A stretch of DNA of 57,396 bases from an uncultured virus (IMG/VR IMGVR_UViG_3300002835_000040). Taxonomy: Duplodnaviria > Heunggongvirae > Uroviricota > Caudoviricetes. The position numbers and the translations under genes were made by a program. A model generated the notes under the pieces. It was given only the letters and a program-made list of their open reading frames with translations. It was not told the DNA's origin and ran no database searches. Shown piece after piece: positions 10,128-19,749 of this stretch. The stretch lies in the IMG/VR virus record IMGVR_UViG_3300002835_000040; one strand, written 5' to 3'. How positions within the stretch are numbered: the first letter of the stretch is position 1; each line of letters begins with the position of its first letter.

Positions 10128-12904
10128 ACCATTTCTTCCCATCCTTCTTCTGCTAATTCATAAATATATTCAGGGTCAATCCCTCGTTTACCCCAATACA
10201 CCATTTCTTGGTCTGTAATAGTTAACAAATCTTCAATACTATCTTGGTCACCAGATTCAAAAGGAATACCATTTGTTAATCTACATTGCTCTTTAGTAAA
10301 TAAACCTCTGTCTTTAGGGTCAGTGACAATTAGATTATTTCTAACTTCTTCATTAAACACAATTAACAAAGGTTCAATTCTTTTGTTAAAGGTAACAATT
10401 GCTCTCGCAACATTATATTCACCTGTCATAGTAGGGTTATTCTCTAAATCTGACGGGTCAATACGATAACAATTAAGTTGGACGTGTGAACCTAACACAG
10501 GTTCTTTACCATGAAATAAACTATACTGTTCTTTTTCTTTTTTACTCATTTTTTCATTTACCTTCTGAACATCCCCGTGTGAAGCTTTAATTCCATTGTT
10601 TACATAGAATATTACATCACCCAAACTAACCGCGATACCATCTCTAATTGCCAATTCCATATGGGCCATCATTGACATCATATTACCCGCCTTTGTTTTT
10701 TGGCTTGAACGTTTCTTATAATCGTCAATAGATAGTTTCACTTTTGCTCTTTGAGCAATCTTCATTAACGGAATTTGTTGGTTAAAGATTACTTCCAAAT
10801 ATTCATAATACCACTCAACAAATGCCTGTCCATTACCTTCTAACAACATCTTAATACCCTTATCCAAAAAGTCCTCAATGTAAAGTGGTAGTTTCTTACT
10901 CTTGATTGAGTTACCTGTAAGTTTAATCTTACCATTATGTTCCATTGTTGCGTAGTTCTTACGAGCAATATTCATACAAGATTTCCAAGTTCCATCACAA
11001 TCAAGACCCATTGCCCCTTTCATAAACGTATCATTAAACTCTGCAACATCTGCGTCGTAACCTGTATATTCTTTACCTTCTTTAACTAACCAATTCTTAC
11101 CCTTACCGATGTATCTTCTATCGTCCACACCACCTTCAGGTAATGAGAAGTTCATACCATCCGTATCACATACAAGTGGAGTATAACCTCGTTTCATAAA
11201 GAAACGTAACATCTGACGAAGGTATTGTCGTCCTGTGCAGGTAATTTGTTCACCCATATACATATCACCCCAGTGATATACCTGTGGGGCAGATAAAGCT
11301 CCAAACATGCTGTTAATGAATATCTTAATCGGTAATTGTTTTCTATCGTAAGATGTTGCTTGTTTTTTGTCAATATCCTGATACTCCTTTGCCAAGTTTT
11401 TATACTTGATACGAGTATTACGGAAGTAATTTAACATGCCCTTCATTGCACCTGTAATATCACAAGTTGGAAATACATCATGAACAAGTTGTATTGAAGG
11501 GTAAAGTGACGAGAAGTCAAGTTTCAATACATCTGTTGAATATCCTACTTTAAGTAGTCGTGATAATCCACCAACAAACTCTGTCTTTTCATTCTTTTTA
11601 GGAATCGCTAACATGTTTTTATATGACCAAGCTCTCATTTGGATTTCCCATAATGTTGCAGTTCCCATAGTAGAAACCCTTTCATATGTTGTTGGAACCA
11701 AAGATGCGAGTAGGAATGACCCCTGATTGAATTCTTCATCAACCGTTAGAGTTTCTTCCAAGTCATCATCAAGATATCGTTCAACCAAATCATCACCTGT
11801 TGTTTTAATGTAGATACTTGAGTGTTTAGAACAAGCGTCATCAATCTTTGGGTCAACACCCACTTTCTTATATTTTCCGTTTTGAATGTTTAACCAAAAC
11901 TCTTCTTTCTTTGCGTAAAACGGACCAATGTCTGTATGGTCAATGTAAACACGGTCAGGTGCTTCCGCCTTAATGTATTGAGTAATATACTTCAAACCTG
12001 CAGATTTGATGGATGAATTGATTGCCTGAGCTCTTCTAACTGCGTGTAATGTATCAACAACGTTATAACCCCACATGGATGTTTGGTTAAATCTCTCAAC
12101 CTCATTTGCCAACTTCAACATACTTTCAGATTGTTTAATTGGATTGATTGGATTTAATGTCTTCGCAATTTTCTTAATATCTAACTTTAACGCTTTGGCT
12201 CTTTCAAATATCCAAAACCAGTCAAAGTTAAACCCGTTGTAAGATGCGATGATACTTGGTTTAAGTTCATCTATAGTATTGAAAAATTTAATAATACCTT
12301 CTCTTTCTTGGTCTTCGTCTGAACATTCAATTACTTGACTAAAACCTTTATTGGTTTTCATTCCTATCATAAAGATACGACCATCCTTTGGTTCAAGTGA
12401 GGTCGTCTCTAAGTCAAATACAAATCTTGTGATACTATTGTAATCATCAAATCCTTTGAACAATCGTTTTTCTTTTGTAACCAAAAATTGTTCTACAGGA
12501 GGCAATATTAAAACTAATCCTTTTGTTGTTTCACCCCATGGGTCAACACCACCATCTCTGAAAAACTGAATAAGTGAACGATAACCGTTCAATGATTTAA
12601 CCATAAAAGTTAAACCTTTCTCTAATCTTTCGTTACCATCAGTTCTTAATTTTTCAATGACAATTTTATGTTTTGTCATCGCCTCTTTTTGTAATGCTTT
12701 TGAGGATTTATAAAAGTTTAATCCACGCAAATCACCTACCCAAGCAAATGGGATGAAAGTATCTTTTTTAATTTGTTTTCCGTGAATTGGGTGTTCTAAA
12801 ATTTTCCAAACACAATCTTTGACGTAATCGTATTCTACACTGACGATATATTTTTCGTCATCATTTCCCTGAAGGAAATTTTCAATTTCTTCGTTTGATA
12901 TCAT
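10124..12904 (-). CDS. DNA polymerase family B (T4 gp43-like)
   Basis: ExoI FDLETT, ExoII YNGFNFD, ExoIII YLDDD, motif A DFSSLYPS, motif B KIFINSMFG, motif C CDTDG; no intein visible. Confidence 0.95.
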   Translation of the reverse strand: MISNEEIENFLQGNDDEKYIVSVEYDYVKDCVWKILEHPIHGKQIKKDTFIPFAWVGDLRGLNFYKSSKALQKEAMTKHKIVIEKLRTDGNERLEKGLTFMVKSLNGYRSLIQFFRDGGVDPWGETTKGLVLILPPVEQFLVTKEKRLFKGFDDYNSITRFVFDLETTSLEPKDGRIFMIGMKTNKGFSQVIECSDEDQEREGIIKFFNTIDELKPSIIASYNGFNFDWFWIFERAKALKLDIKKIAKTLNPINPIKQSESMLKLANEVERFNQTSMWGYNVVDTLHAVRRAQAINSSIKSAGLKYITQYIKAEAPDRVYIDHTDIGPFYAKKEEFWLNIQNGKYKKVGVDPKIDDACSKHSSIYIKTTGDDLVERYLDDDLEETLTVDEEFNQGSFLLASLVPTTYERVSTMGTATLWEIQMRAWSYKNMLAIPKKNEKTEFVGGLSRLLKVGYSTDVLKLDFSSLYPSIQLVHDVFPTCDITGAMKGMLNYFRNTRIKYKNLAKEYQDIDKKQATSYDRKQLPIKIFINSMFGALSAPQVYHWGDMYMGEQITCTGRQYLRQMLRFFMKRGYTPLVCDTDGMNFSLPEGGVDDRRYIGKGKNWLVKEGKEYTGYDADVAEFNDTFMKGAMGLDCDGTWKSCMNIARKNYATMEHNGKIKLTGNSIKSKKLPLYIEDFLDKGIKMLLEGNGQAFVEWYYEYLEVIFNQQIPLMKIAQRAKVKLSIDDYKKRSSQKTKAGNMMSMMAHMELAIRDGIAVSLGDVIFYVNNGIKASHGDVQKVNEKMSKKEKEQYSLFHGKEPVLGSHVQLNCYRIDPSDLENNPTMTGEYNVARAIVTFNKRIEPLLIVFNEEVRNNLIVTDPKDRGLFTKEQCRLTNGIPFESGDQDSIEDLLTITDQEMVYWGKRGIDPEYIYELAEEGWEEMV

Positions 12905-12927
12905 AAAATTTAAAATGGTGTATTTGC

Positions 12928-12947
12928 TTCCGAAATTAAGGTCGGAA
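12928..12947 (-). promoter_or_regulatory. 5'-UTR hairpin of the DNA polymerase gene (candidate autogenous translational operator)
   Basis: UUCCGA-CCUUAAUU-UCGGAA: 6-bp stem, 8-nt loop, 23 nt upstream of the ATG, no U-tract. Confidence 0.45.
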
Positions 12948-12963
12948 TTTACCTTGTGTGGTA

Positions 12964-12992
12964 AGTTTAACCAATTAAACTATTAATGTCAA
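12964..12992 (-). promoter_or_regulatory. Primary-sigma-type (early/middle) promoter of DNA polymerase
   Basis: TTGACA-N17-TAAACT. Confidence 0.65.
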
Positions 12993-12993
12993 A

Positions 12994-15831
12994 TTATATG
13001 TTTTCAACGTAAATTTTGTTTTCCGCAGTAAATGTTCTAGCCGAAAATGTATATAAACTTTCACCTGCGTAGTCTATAGTTTGACTCACACCATTACAAT
13101 CCACATAATTTAAAGTTAAGTCAGGTGGTAATGTTTGACAATAAGTTGTTAACTGGAAATTATAACAACTTGTTGGTGTATAAGTCCCTAAGTCAATTAA
13201 ATCAAATCCATCAGGTGATGCAGGACCTGATATCCATCTTGGTGGATAACTAGCATAAGATATAACCGTCATATAACCAATATCTGTGCGTGAACCTAAA
13301 GTTTGACTTACATAATTACCATTAATATTTCTATATTGAACTACCATACTTGAAACTGAGCAATTACCATCTTTTTGATTACCTATTACATACATTTTTA
13401 AAGGTTCTGCCGGTGATGGTGATGGAGTTATACTTAGAGTCGGTGTAACAGTCGGAGTTGGAGTTAATGTAGATGTGTTAGTAGGTGTTTGAGTAATAGT
13501 TGGTGTAGGAGTCAGAGTAGATGTTTTTGTTGGTGTTGGAGTTAATGTTGATGTTTTTGTTGGTGTTGGTGTCACTGTTTTTGTCGGTGTTGGGGTATTT
13601 GTTTCTGTGGGTGTTGGTGTTGTACCAATTGTCGCAGTTACGGATGGAGTTGGGGTATTTGTTGGTGTTAATGTTGGTGTAGGTGTTGGCAAGTTTGGAA
13701 TTACACATGTTAAAATTACAGTTTGGTCTTCTTCAATAAGATATAAATAAAAATTATTATAACAACAATTAGGTATTGTTGTATTATTTACTGTGAATGG
13801 AAATGTTTGATTTGAAGTAATTAAATATCTTGGGTTATCTTCTGAAACTTCATAATACAAATTAAATGTTTTATCCGCAAAAGTAGTTGAACTAAAAGTT
13901 AAATTATCTCCCGATACTATTATACAAATATCATTAATTAATCCATCTGAACAGTCAGGACATCCATAATCAAAAAGTAAAAACGGACTTTTTAAAATTT
14001 CAAAATTATGTATAACTTCGGGATAACTTAATGGTTCTGTATACATTCTAAATTGTGAAATAGCACCATCAAACGTACCACCAAATGTTGGTTCAATTAA
14101 AATATTAGTAGTTAATGCCGATAATGAAGTTCCCGATAAAGTTTGATTTGGCATAACCTCAGGGTCTTGCATGTAAGTCAATCCTGTTAAGGTTGTTGGA
14201 CATCCTGTAAAGGTTAAACTTTCTCTTAACCCTTGAGAACCACCACCCCATGATAAGTTAAAAGGAACACCTAATTGTTTTTCTTTTTCTGTGTTTAACG
14301 CTCTTGGAATTACTTCTTCAAATCCATTAATAACATAAAATAATCTTCCGTTAATATAAATTTTTAAAACACCTAATCTATCTTCTCTCTCAATTAACCA
14401 TCTTTCATTTAGGTTAACTATTTCAACCTCTTCAGCAGGTGCCGAACCTTCATGAGTAATAGGTGGTTGAATAAGTAAGATACTATTATTTGATAAACTA
14501 TCAACATACTCTGTATCACTAATCAATCCTAATCCACCCCTGTAATATAAATCACAAGTATCAAAGTAAGTACTTCTTTCCCACACACAATCAACTAAAA
14601 TCCAATGTTCTTTTGTTGTGTAATCTGAATTTAAATCTTCACAATAATCAAAAATTTGATTTGATGAACAATATTCTGTAATAGTATAACCTGTTTGATA
14701 AGTAATTCCTGTTGTTGGACAAGTCCCCGTTGTAATACATCCTCCTGTAAATGTTAATACTTTAACACAGACTTTTGGATTTTTAGGGTCACCAGATAAT
14801 CTTAAAGAAAACGAATTTGACATTGAGTCGTATAACGGGTCTTTATCACTATTTGGGACTTGTGTGGTTGCATTACATCCACAGTTACAATCGGTATTAT
14901 GTTGTGCTTTATAAACTAAAGGTTCGTATACCTCAACACATCTTGAATTGGTAACACCCGTGTTTGAACACGCACAAGTTTCTAAACATCCTGATAAAAC
15001 TGAAGTTACTCTTGTATATCCACTATCTGAAGATGGTGAACCTGAGTCATGATGATAAAATTTATTTTCAGCTCTAGCTCCAAAATAAAAAAATGTGTTA
15101 TCGTTTTCAGGATAAGTTAAATTTAAAGTTGTTTGAAATGATGTCGGGGCAAATTCATCAACATATCTTGGTCTAATTAACATTTCAGCAGTCCAACCTT
15201 CATTAGTTCTGGTTGGGAATGTTTCGTAGTCATATCCAAACAATTTAAAAAACCCTTGGTAAAAACCGCCGTATAATTGATTATAATATGTTATAGTTAA
15301 ACCTGATTTTGAAACCATATTATAAATGGTGTCTTTTGTATTACCCGAAAATCTTTCGTTTGGTGGATTAGTATAACCTGTTATTTGAAATAATTTTGTT
15401 CTTCTGTCAAAGTGATATCTATCCCACTTACTTGACCCAGTGAATAACCCCATCGTATAATTAATTGTTTCACCAGTCATCTGAGGAACTAAACCGTTAT
15501 CTATACCTGTTAATCCTATATCACATAATGTAGATGCGGTTAAACAATTTAAATCTTGATTAAGTGGATTGTAGTTATTTAACGAAACTAAAGTATTACC
15601 TGATAAAAAATCACCATAGTTAATCGTTAGTTTTTGTGATGATAAAGGATTATTTAAATCAAAATAAATCGGTAATCTATTACCATCATTATAACCAATA
15701 AGATTAGTTGAAAATACAACTTCTTCATTATAATCTTTTTCATCTGATGCTAAACAAATGTCAAAAATTTTTGGGACGGGTTTAACATACCACTTTTTAA
15801 AATTGAACTGATTTATATTCTGTTGAGCCAT
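12994..15831 (-). CDS. Large virion-associated protein: LamG/concanavalin-like domain, Pro/Thr stalk, Cys-containing C-terminal modules
   Basis: LKIYINGRL...FDGAISQFRMYTEPLSYPEVIHNF resembles a LamG C-terminus; ~95-aa PT tract; TATTTAT 7 nt upstream. Confidence 0.65.
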   Translation of the reverse strand: MAQQNINQFNFKKWYVKPVPKIFDICLASDEKDYNEEVVFSTNLIGYNDGNRLPIYFDLNNPLSSQKLTINYGDFLSGNTLVSLNNYNPLNQDLNCLTASTLCDIGLTGIDNGLVPQMTGETINYTMGLFTGSSKWDRYHFDRRTKLFQITGYTNPPNERFSGNTKDTIYNMVSKSGLTITYYNQLYGGFYQGFFKLFGYDYETFPTRTNEGWTAEMLIRPRYVDEFAPTSFQTTLNLTYPENDNTFFYFGARAENKFYHHDSGSPSSDSGYTRVTSVLSGCLETCACSNTGVTNSRCVEVYEPLVYKAQHNTDCNCGCNATTQVPNSDKDPLYDSMSNSFSLRLSGDPKNPKVCVKVLTFTGGCITTGTCPTTGITYQTGYTITEYCSSNQIFDYCEDLNSDYTTKEHWILVDCVWERSTYFDTCDLYYRGGLGLISDTEYVDSLSNNSILLIQPPITHEGSAPAEEVEIVNLNERWLIEREDRLGVLKIYINGRLFYVINGFEEVIPRALNTEKEKQLGVPFNLSWGGGSQGLRESLTFTGCPTTLTGLTYMQDPEVMPNQTLSGTSLSALTTNILIEPTFGGTFDGAISQFRMYTEPLSYPEVIHNFEILKSPFLLFDYGCPDCSDGLINDICIIVSGDNLTFSSTTFADKTFNLYYEVSEDNPRYLITSNQTFPFTVNNTTIPNCCYNNFYLYLIEEDQTVILTCVIPNLPTPTPTLTPTNTPTPSVTATIGTTPTPTETNTPTPTKTVTPTPTKTSTLTPTPTKTSTLTPTPTITQTPTNTSTLTPTPTVTPTLSITPSPSPAEPLKMYVIGNQKDGNCSVSSMVVQYRNINGNYVSQTLGSRTDIGYMTVISYASYPPRWISGPASPDGFDLIDLGTYTPTSCYNFQLTTYCQTLPPDLTLNYVDCNGVSQTIDYAGESLYTFSARTFTAENKIYVENI
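13405..13692 (-). repeat. Pro/Thr-rich (TPTPT) low-complexity coding repeat
   Basis: LPTPTPTLTPTNTPTPSVT...TPTPTKTSTL x2...PSPSP. Confidence 0.9.
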
Positions 15832-15838
15832 TCTATTG

Positions 15839-15864
15839 ATAAATAGTTAAATCCAAGTATTTAT
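15839..15864. promoter_or_regulatory. Back-to-back divergent TATTTAT motifs
   Basis: Minus-strand TATTTAT at 15839-15845 (7 nt before ATG 15831) and plus-strand TATTTAT at 15858-15864 (14 nt before ATG 15879). Confidence 0.6.
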
Positions 15865-15878
15865 ATGTAAAATACCAA

Positions 15879-16751
15879 ATGGAATTTAATAAAGAATATT
15901 TTTCGTCACCTTATTACTTCTATATCAAAGAGGGTAAAGATACTATTTCCGTTTATTTTAGTGTTAGCAATACTTTAACTGAAGCTAGAAAAAAAGATGA
16001 AATTGTAAAATTTGATAAAAAAAATAAAAAAGAGGTTGAAAAAACAATTTCAAAAATTCAAAAAGAAAAAAAATTAAAGAATAATTCTGATGTTAAAAAA
16101 ACTTTAACAAAAAAGAAAGATGAACTTGGTGAATTGGTTGATTACGACGGTTCTTTTTTGAGTTCAAAAATTCCAATTCACAACCCTTACTTAGCACCAA
16201 AGAGTACAATGGACCAAGAGGTTGTTGCAACAAGACAAACAAACAATCCTATTACTCGTGGATATCGTGTTTATTGGGGTGAAGGTGAAGAAGAAACAGA
16301 TGAGGTAATTAACGAAACTGACTTTTCCGATGCATTTGGTTATGAAGAAACAAAAGACAAAAATGGTCCTGAAACTTTTAAAACATTTGTTAAAGAATTA
16401 GGTTTAGATAAAGATGAGGCCGCTGAAAGAACAAGACAACAAGGTAAAGAACCTGACGCTGAAAAACATAGAAGAAAATTAAATGCAGTACCTAAAAAAA
16501 TCAAAAAACAAAAAGGTTTTATTGATAGAATGACAATTTCAGAAAAATCGGAGCTCGAAAATATTAAAAAACAACAAGCAGTTGATATGGTTGAGGATAT
16601 TGTTTTAGGTAAAAAAAGTTCGGACAAAGAGGTTGGTAAAAAGAAAAGTGGTGTTAGTAAATTATTAATGAAAAACTTAGAAAATATTAAAAAAATTGCT
16701 GAGAAAGAAGGTTTAGAATTAAATGATTTAATTAAAATATTAAAGAAATGA
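15879..16751 (+). CDS. Hypothetical protein, charged, probably late/head-associated
   Basis: 290-aa ORF with TATTTAT upstream; several (L/I)-x-E sites (LTE, INE, ISE). Confidence 0.7.
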   Translation: MEFNKEYFSSPYYFYIKEGKDTISVYFSVSNTLTEARKKDEIVKFDKKNKKEVEKTISKIQKEKKLKNNSDVKKTLTKKKDELGELVDYDGSFLSSKIPIHNPYLAPKSTMDQEVVATRQTNNPITRGYRVYWGEGEEETDEVINETDFSDAFGYEETKDKNGPETFKTFVKELGLDKDEAAERTRQQGKEPDAEKHRRKLNAVPKKIKKQKGFIDRMTISEKSELENIKKQQAVDMVEDIVLGKKSSDKEVGKKKSGVSKLLMKNLENIKKIAEKEGLELNDLIKILKK

Positions 16752-17158
16752 ACAACGAATTATACGGAAAAAAATATGAGATTCCTGAAAATGTTTTAAA
16801 TTCTTTAGAAAATCATAAAGATGAAACCACTATAAAAAATATTTTTACTAATGGGTATCTTACATACCAAAACATGAAAAAAATTCTTCACGATATTGAT
16901 AACAATAAGTTTCAGGGTAGAGATTTAAATTCATTAAAATCATTTATTACCCAAAATTTAGGTTCTGATAGAGGAAGTATTAATAGACAAAAAAGAGATG
17001 CTAGTGATTCGGGTATGCAAAACCAATATTTATCGGCACACCAAAAAAATGACCCAAGAAATATAACAGATAAACCACATTCAAAATTATATGAAAATAA
17101 TAAAGAAGTGGTTGAGAGTTTAAAAAGAATAAACGAAATAATGAGACAAATACTTTAA
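16748..17158 (+). CDS. Hypothetical protein
   Basis: 136 aa, ATGA-coupled; ends KLYEN...ESLKRINEIMRQIL. Confidence 0.7.
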   Translation: MNNELYGKKYEIPENVLNSLENHKDETTIKNIFTNGYLTYQNMKKILHDIDNNKFQGRDLNSLKSFITQNLGSDRGSINRQKRDASDSGMQNQYLSAHQKNDPRNITDKPHSKLYENNKEVVESLKRINEIMRQIL

Positions 17159-17162
17159 AATT

Positions 17163-17459
17163 ATGGCAGCAGAAAAAGAACCAGTTGACACACAACAACC
17201 ATCTAATAAGTTATCTGAAATTTCAGATAGAATTAGAAAAGATTTAATTACCAGAAATAACTATGGTGGTGATAAAAACATTTACGGAGCAACAAACAAA
17301 GATGCTATCGGTGATGGTGACCTACAAGGTAAGGGTACAGGTAGTTTCTTAGACATCTATAATGGTGGTAACATCACAGATAATGTTGAAAGAAAGAGTG
17401 AAATTAAAATAAACACATATCAACCAGGAAAAGAATACAATACTCCTCCTACGTCGTAA
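17163..17459 (+). CDS. Hypothetical protein
   Basis: 98 aa within the operon; DAIGDGDLQGKGTG segment. Confidence 0.7.
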   Translation: MAAEKEPVDTQQPSNKLSEISDRIRKDLITRNNYGGDKNIYGATNKDAIGDGDLQGKGTGSFLDIYNGGNITDNVERKSEIKINTYQPGKEYNTPPTS

Positions 17460-17863
17460 TGAAACTTTACAATATTTTAAAAAAAGTTATTGTTGAAGCA
17501 AGTACTGATGATATTACCTCTTCTATCAAAAATAAAAATTTGGTAACAATTTATTATGATGGAGATGATGATGGGAATTATACAGGAAAAGGTTTAAGAG
17601 TTATTGAACCATTCTGTTACGGAACATCAAAAAAAGGTAATATGGTAATCAGAGCTTGGGACCGTGAAGGAGCTTCGTATACTGGTTCAAAAGGTGAACA
17701 ACCTTTACCAGGATGGAGGTTATTTAGAGTTGATAGAATAGGAAATTATTCTGTTAATCCTTTAGAAAATTTCACAGAACCAAGACCACTCTACAATCCT
17801 GATGATAAAGGTATGGTAGGACTAAAAATATGTGCAAAATTTGAATTAGAAGACAATGGATAG
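17459..17863 (+). CDS. Stand-alone WYL-domain protein
   Basis: VTIYY...RVIEPFCYG...IRAWD...WRLFRVDRI matches the WYL pattern R-x-(V/I)-x-P ... R-x-F-R-x-D-R-I; no HTH. Confidence 0.75.
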   Translation: MKLYNILKKVIVEASTDDITSSIKNKNLVTIYYDGDDDGNYTGKGLRVIEPFCYGTSKKGNMVIRAWDREGASYTGSKGEQPLPGWRLFRVDRIGNYSVNPLENFTEPRPLYNPDDKGMVGLKICAKFELEDNG

Positions 17864-18440
17864 TTTAATGGAAAAATTAATGGTGTCTAAACAAATCATG
17901 GATAGACATAACGATATGGACAGAGGTTCATTACCAAAATCAAATAGACCAAGTATGTCTGAGTCGTATTCTCGTGATGAATACGAAGAGAAACCAATAC
18001 AATCAAGTTACAATATTCCTGAAGAATATTTATCTTCAGCACCCCCAACACCAAAATCACCACCTGTAGTAACTGAAGATAGAATTAAAAACTCTAAATT
18101 ACCAGATGCTATTAAAAAATTAATGATTGAACATCCTATACAACAACCACAATCATACGCACCAACATTATCAAATGAGGTTATTGAAAAAGCTGCAAGA
18201 TTAATGGGAAATAAACAACCTGTTTCTGAATCAACTCAACAACAACCAAGACAACAAAATACATCATTTAATTTATCCGCAGCTGATATAAAAAAAATTG
18301 TTAGAGAAACTATTGAAGAAGTATTAAGTGAAAATGGATTAATGGTTGAGTCGACTCAAAAATCTAATGAATTAATGACTATTAAAGTTGGTAAACATGT
18401 TTTTGAAGGTAAAATCTCTAAAATTAAGAAAGTTCAATAA
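17856..18440 (+). CDS. Hypothetical protein
   Basis: 194 aa; SKLPDAIKKLMIEHPI and DIKKIVRETIEEVLSE segments. Confidence 0.7.
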   Translation: MDSLMEKLMVSKQIMDRHNDMDRGSLPKSNRPSMSESYSRDEYEEKPIQSSYNIPEEYLSSAPPTPKSPPVVTEDRIKNSKLPDAIKKLMIEHPIQQPQSYAPTLSNEVIEKAARLMGNKQPVSESTQQQPRQQNTSFNLSAADIKKIVRETIEEVLSENGLMVESTQKSNELMTIKVGKHVFEGKISKIKKVQ

Positions 18441-18463
18441 CCTTTAATTATTATAATTAAAAT

Positions 18464-18487
18464 AAGTCTCCGTTAGGGGACTTTTTT
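18464..18487 (+). terminator. Intrinsic terminator
   Basis: AAGTCTCC-GTTA-GGGGACTT followed by T-run, after the 15879-18440 operon. Confidence 0.8.
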
Positions 18488-18498
18488 GTTTGTAAAGG

Positions 18499-18529
18499 TT
18501 GAATTATCCTATTATTTTATCTATCTTTT
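18499..18529 (+). promoter_or_regulatory. Primary-sigma-type promoter for the glycosylation operon
   Basis: TTGAAT-N17-TATCTT(TT), just upstream of ATG 18535. Confidence 0.5.
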
Positions 18530-18534
18530 TACTT

Positions 18535-19749
18535 ATGAATGCAAAAATTAAAGTTTTAGTTATCCCTTCTGACACAACAGGTGTTGGTAGATTTAGGTCA
18601 ATAACACCTCACACACATCTACAATCGTTATATAATGATGATTTTCATATTGATATTGAATTTAATCCTGATTTAAATAACTTAAATTATTTTAAAGATT
18701 ATCAAATTATTCATTATCACCGTTCTCTTGGTCAAGATATGGATAGGTCGGTACAGGTTGTACCAATTCTTAATTCTTTAGGAATTATAACAATATGTGA
18801 TTTAGACGATTATTGGTTACCAGGCAATGAACACCCACTTCACCAGTTAATTATCCAAGAAAAAATACACGAAAAAATTGTTGCAAATTTAAAAGTTGCA
18901 AAATATGTAACTACAACTACTGAGTTATTTGCGGATGAAATAAGAAAACATAATAAAAATGTTGTAATTTTCCCAAATGCAATTGACCATAAAGAAGCTC
19001 AATTTAATGAGCCCACTGAAGAATCTGACTTGGTGAGAGTTGGTTGGTTAGGTGGTTCATCACACTTACATGATTTGATGTTACTTGATGGCATGGTATC
19101 TAAACTTTCTGATATTCAGAAAAATTTACAATTTGTTGTTTGTGGTTTTGATACTCGTGGTATGATGACTGAAATTAACCAACAAACAGGGGAGAAAAAA
19201 CAAAGACCAATTAAACCACACGAGACTGTATGGTACGATTACGAAAAAATATTTACAAACAATTATTCAATTGTTACTCCCGAATATAAAAAACATTTAG
19301 AATTATTTGTTCAAACACCTTATGAAAATGAACAAAACCAATCATATAGAAGAGTTTGGACAAAACCTGTCACATCTTACGCTCGTAATTATTCTAAATT
19401 TGACATATCTTTGGCACCGATTAAACAACACATGTTTAACAAAGTAAAATCACAACTTAAAGTTATTGAGGCAGGTTTTTATAAGAAAGCGTTAATTGCA
19501 ACTAACTACGGACCGTATACAATTGATTTAAAACATTCATTAAAGAATGGTGAATTTACAGATGGAAACGCTCTTTTAGTCGATGACGTAAGAAATCATA
19601 GTGATTGGGCAAAATACATTAAAAAATTAGTCCAAAACCCAAACATGAGAATTGATATGGGAGAAAGACTATATGAACATGTTTCTAAACACTATAGTTT
19701 AGATGTAGTTACAAAAACAAGAGCAGAATTTTATAAATCAATCGTATGA
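18535..19749 (+). CDS. Glycosyltransferase (GT-B, GT4-like); start revised to ATG 18535
   Basis: GVGRFR, CDLDDYW, VVIFPNAID, VGWLGGSSH, DISLAP...FNKVKSQLKVIEAG, ALIATNYGPY. Confidence 0.85.
   Translation: MNAKIKVLVIPSDTTGVGRFRSITPHTHLQSLYNDDFHIDIEFNPDLNNLNYFKDYQIIHYHRSLGQDMDRSVQVVPILNSLGIITICDLDDYWLPGNEHPLHQLIIQEKIHEKIVANLKVAKYVTTTTELFADEIRKHNKNVVIFPNAIDHKEAQFNEPTEESDLVRVGWLGGSSHLHDLMLLDGMVSKLSDIQKNLQFVVCGFDTRGMMTEINQQTGEKKQRPIKPHETVWYDYEKIFTNNYSIVTPEYKKHLELFVQTPYENEQNQSYRRVWTKPVTSYARNYSKFDISLAPIKQHMFNKVKSQLKVIEAGFYKKALIATNYGPYTIDLKHSLKNGEFTDGNALLVDDVRNHSDWAKYIKKLVQNPNMRIDMGERLYEHVSKHYSLDVVTKTRAEFYKSIV

Noticed and set aside
10124..12904. Inteins or introns in polymerase, helicase or terminase
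   Set aside because: Motif spacing is continuous and no intein termini or homing endonuclease motifs were seen
12949..12964. Second small inverted repeat (TTACC-N6-GGTAA) upstream of polB
   Set aside because: It is a weak 5-bp stem straddling the predicted transcription start, so it is unlikely to form in RNA
18499..18534. ORF-track starts at 18499, 5375, 29554 and 39806
   Set aside because: The extensions overlap promoters or neighbouring genes; downstream ATGs (18535, 5297, 29587, 39848) fit gene coupling and motif spacing better
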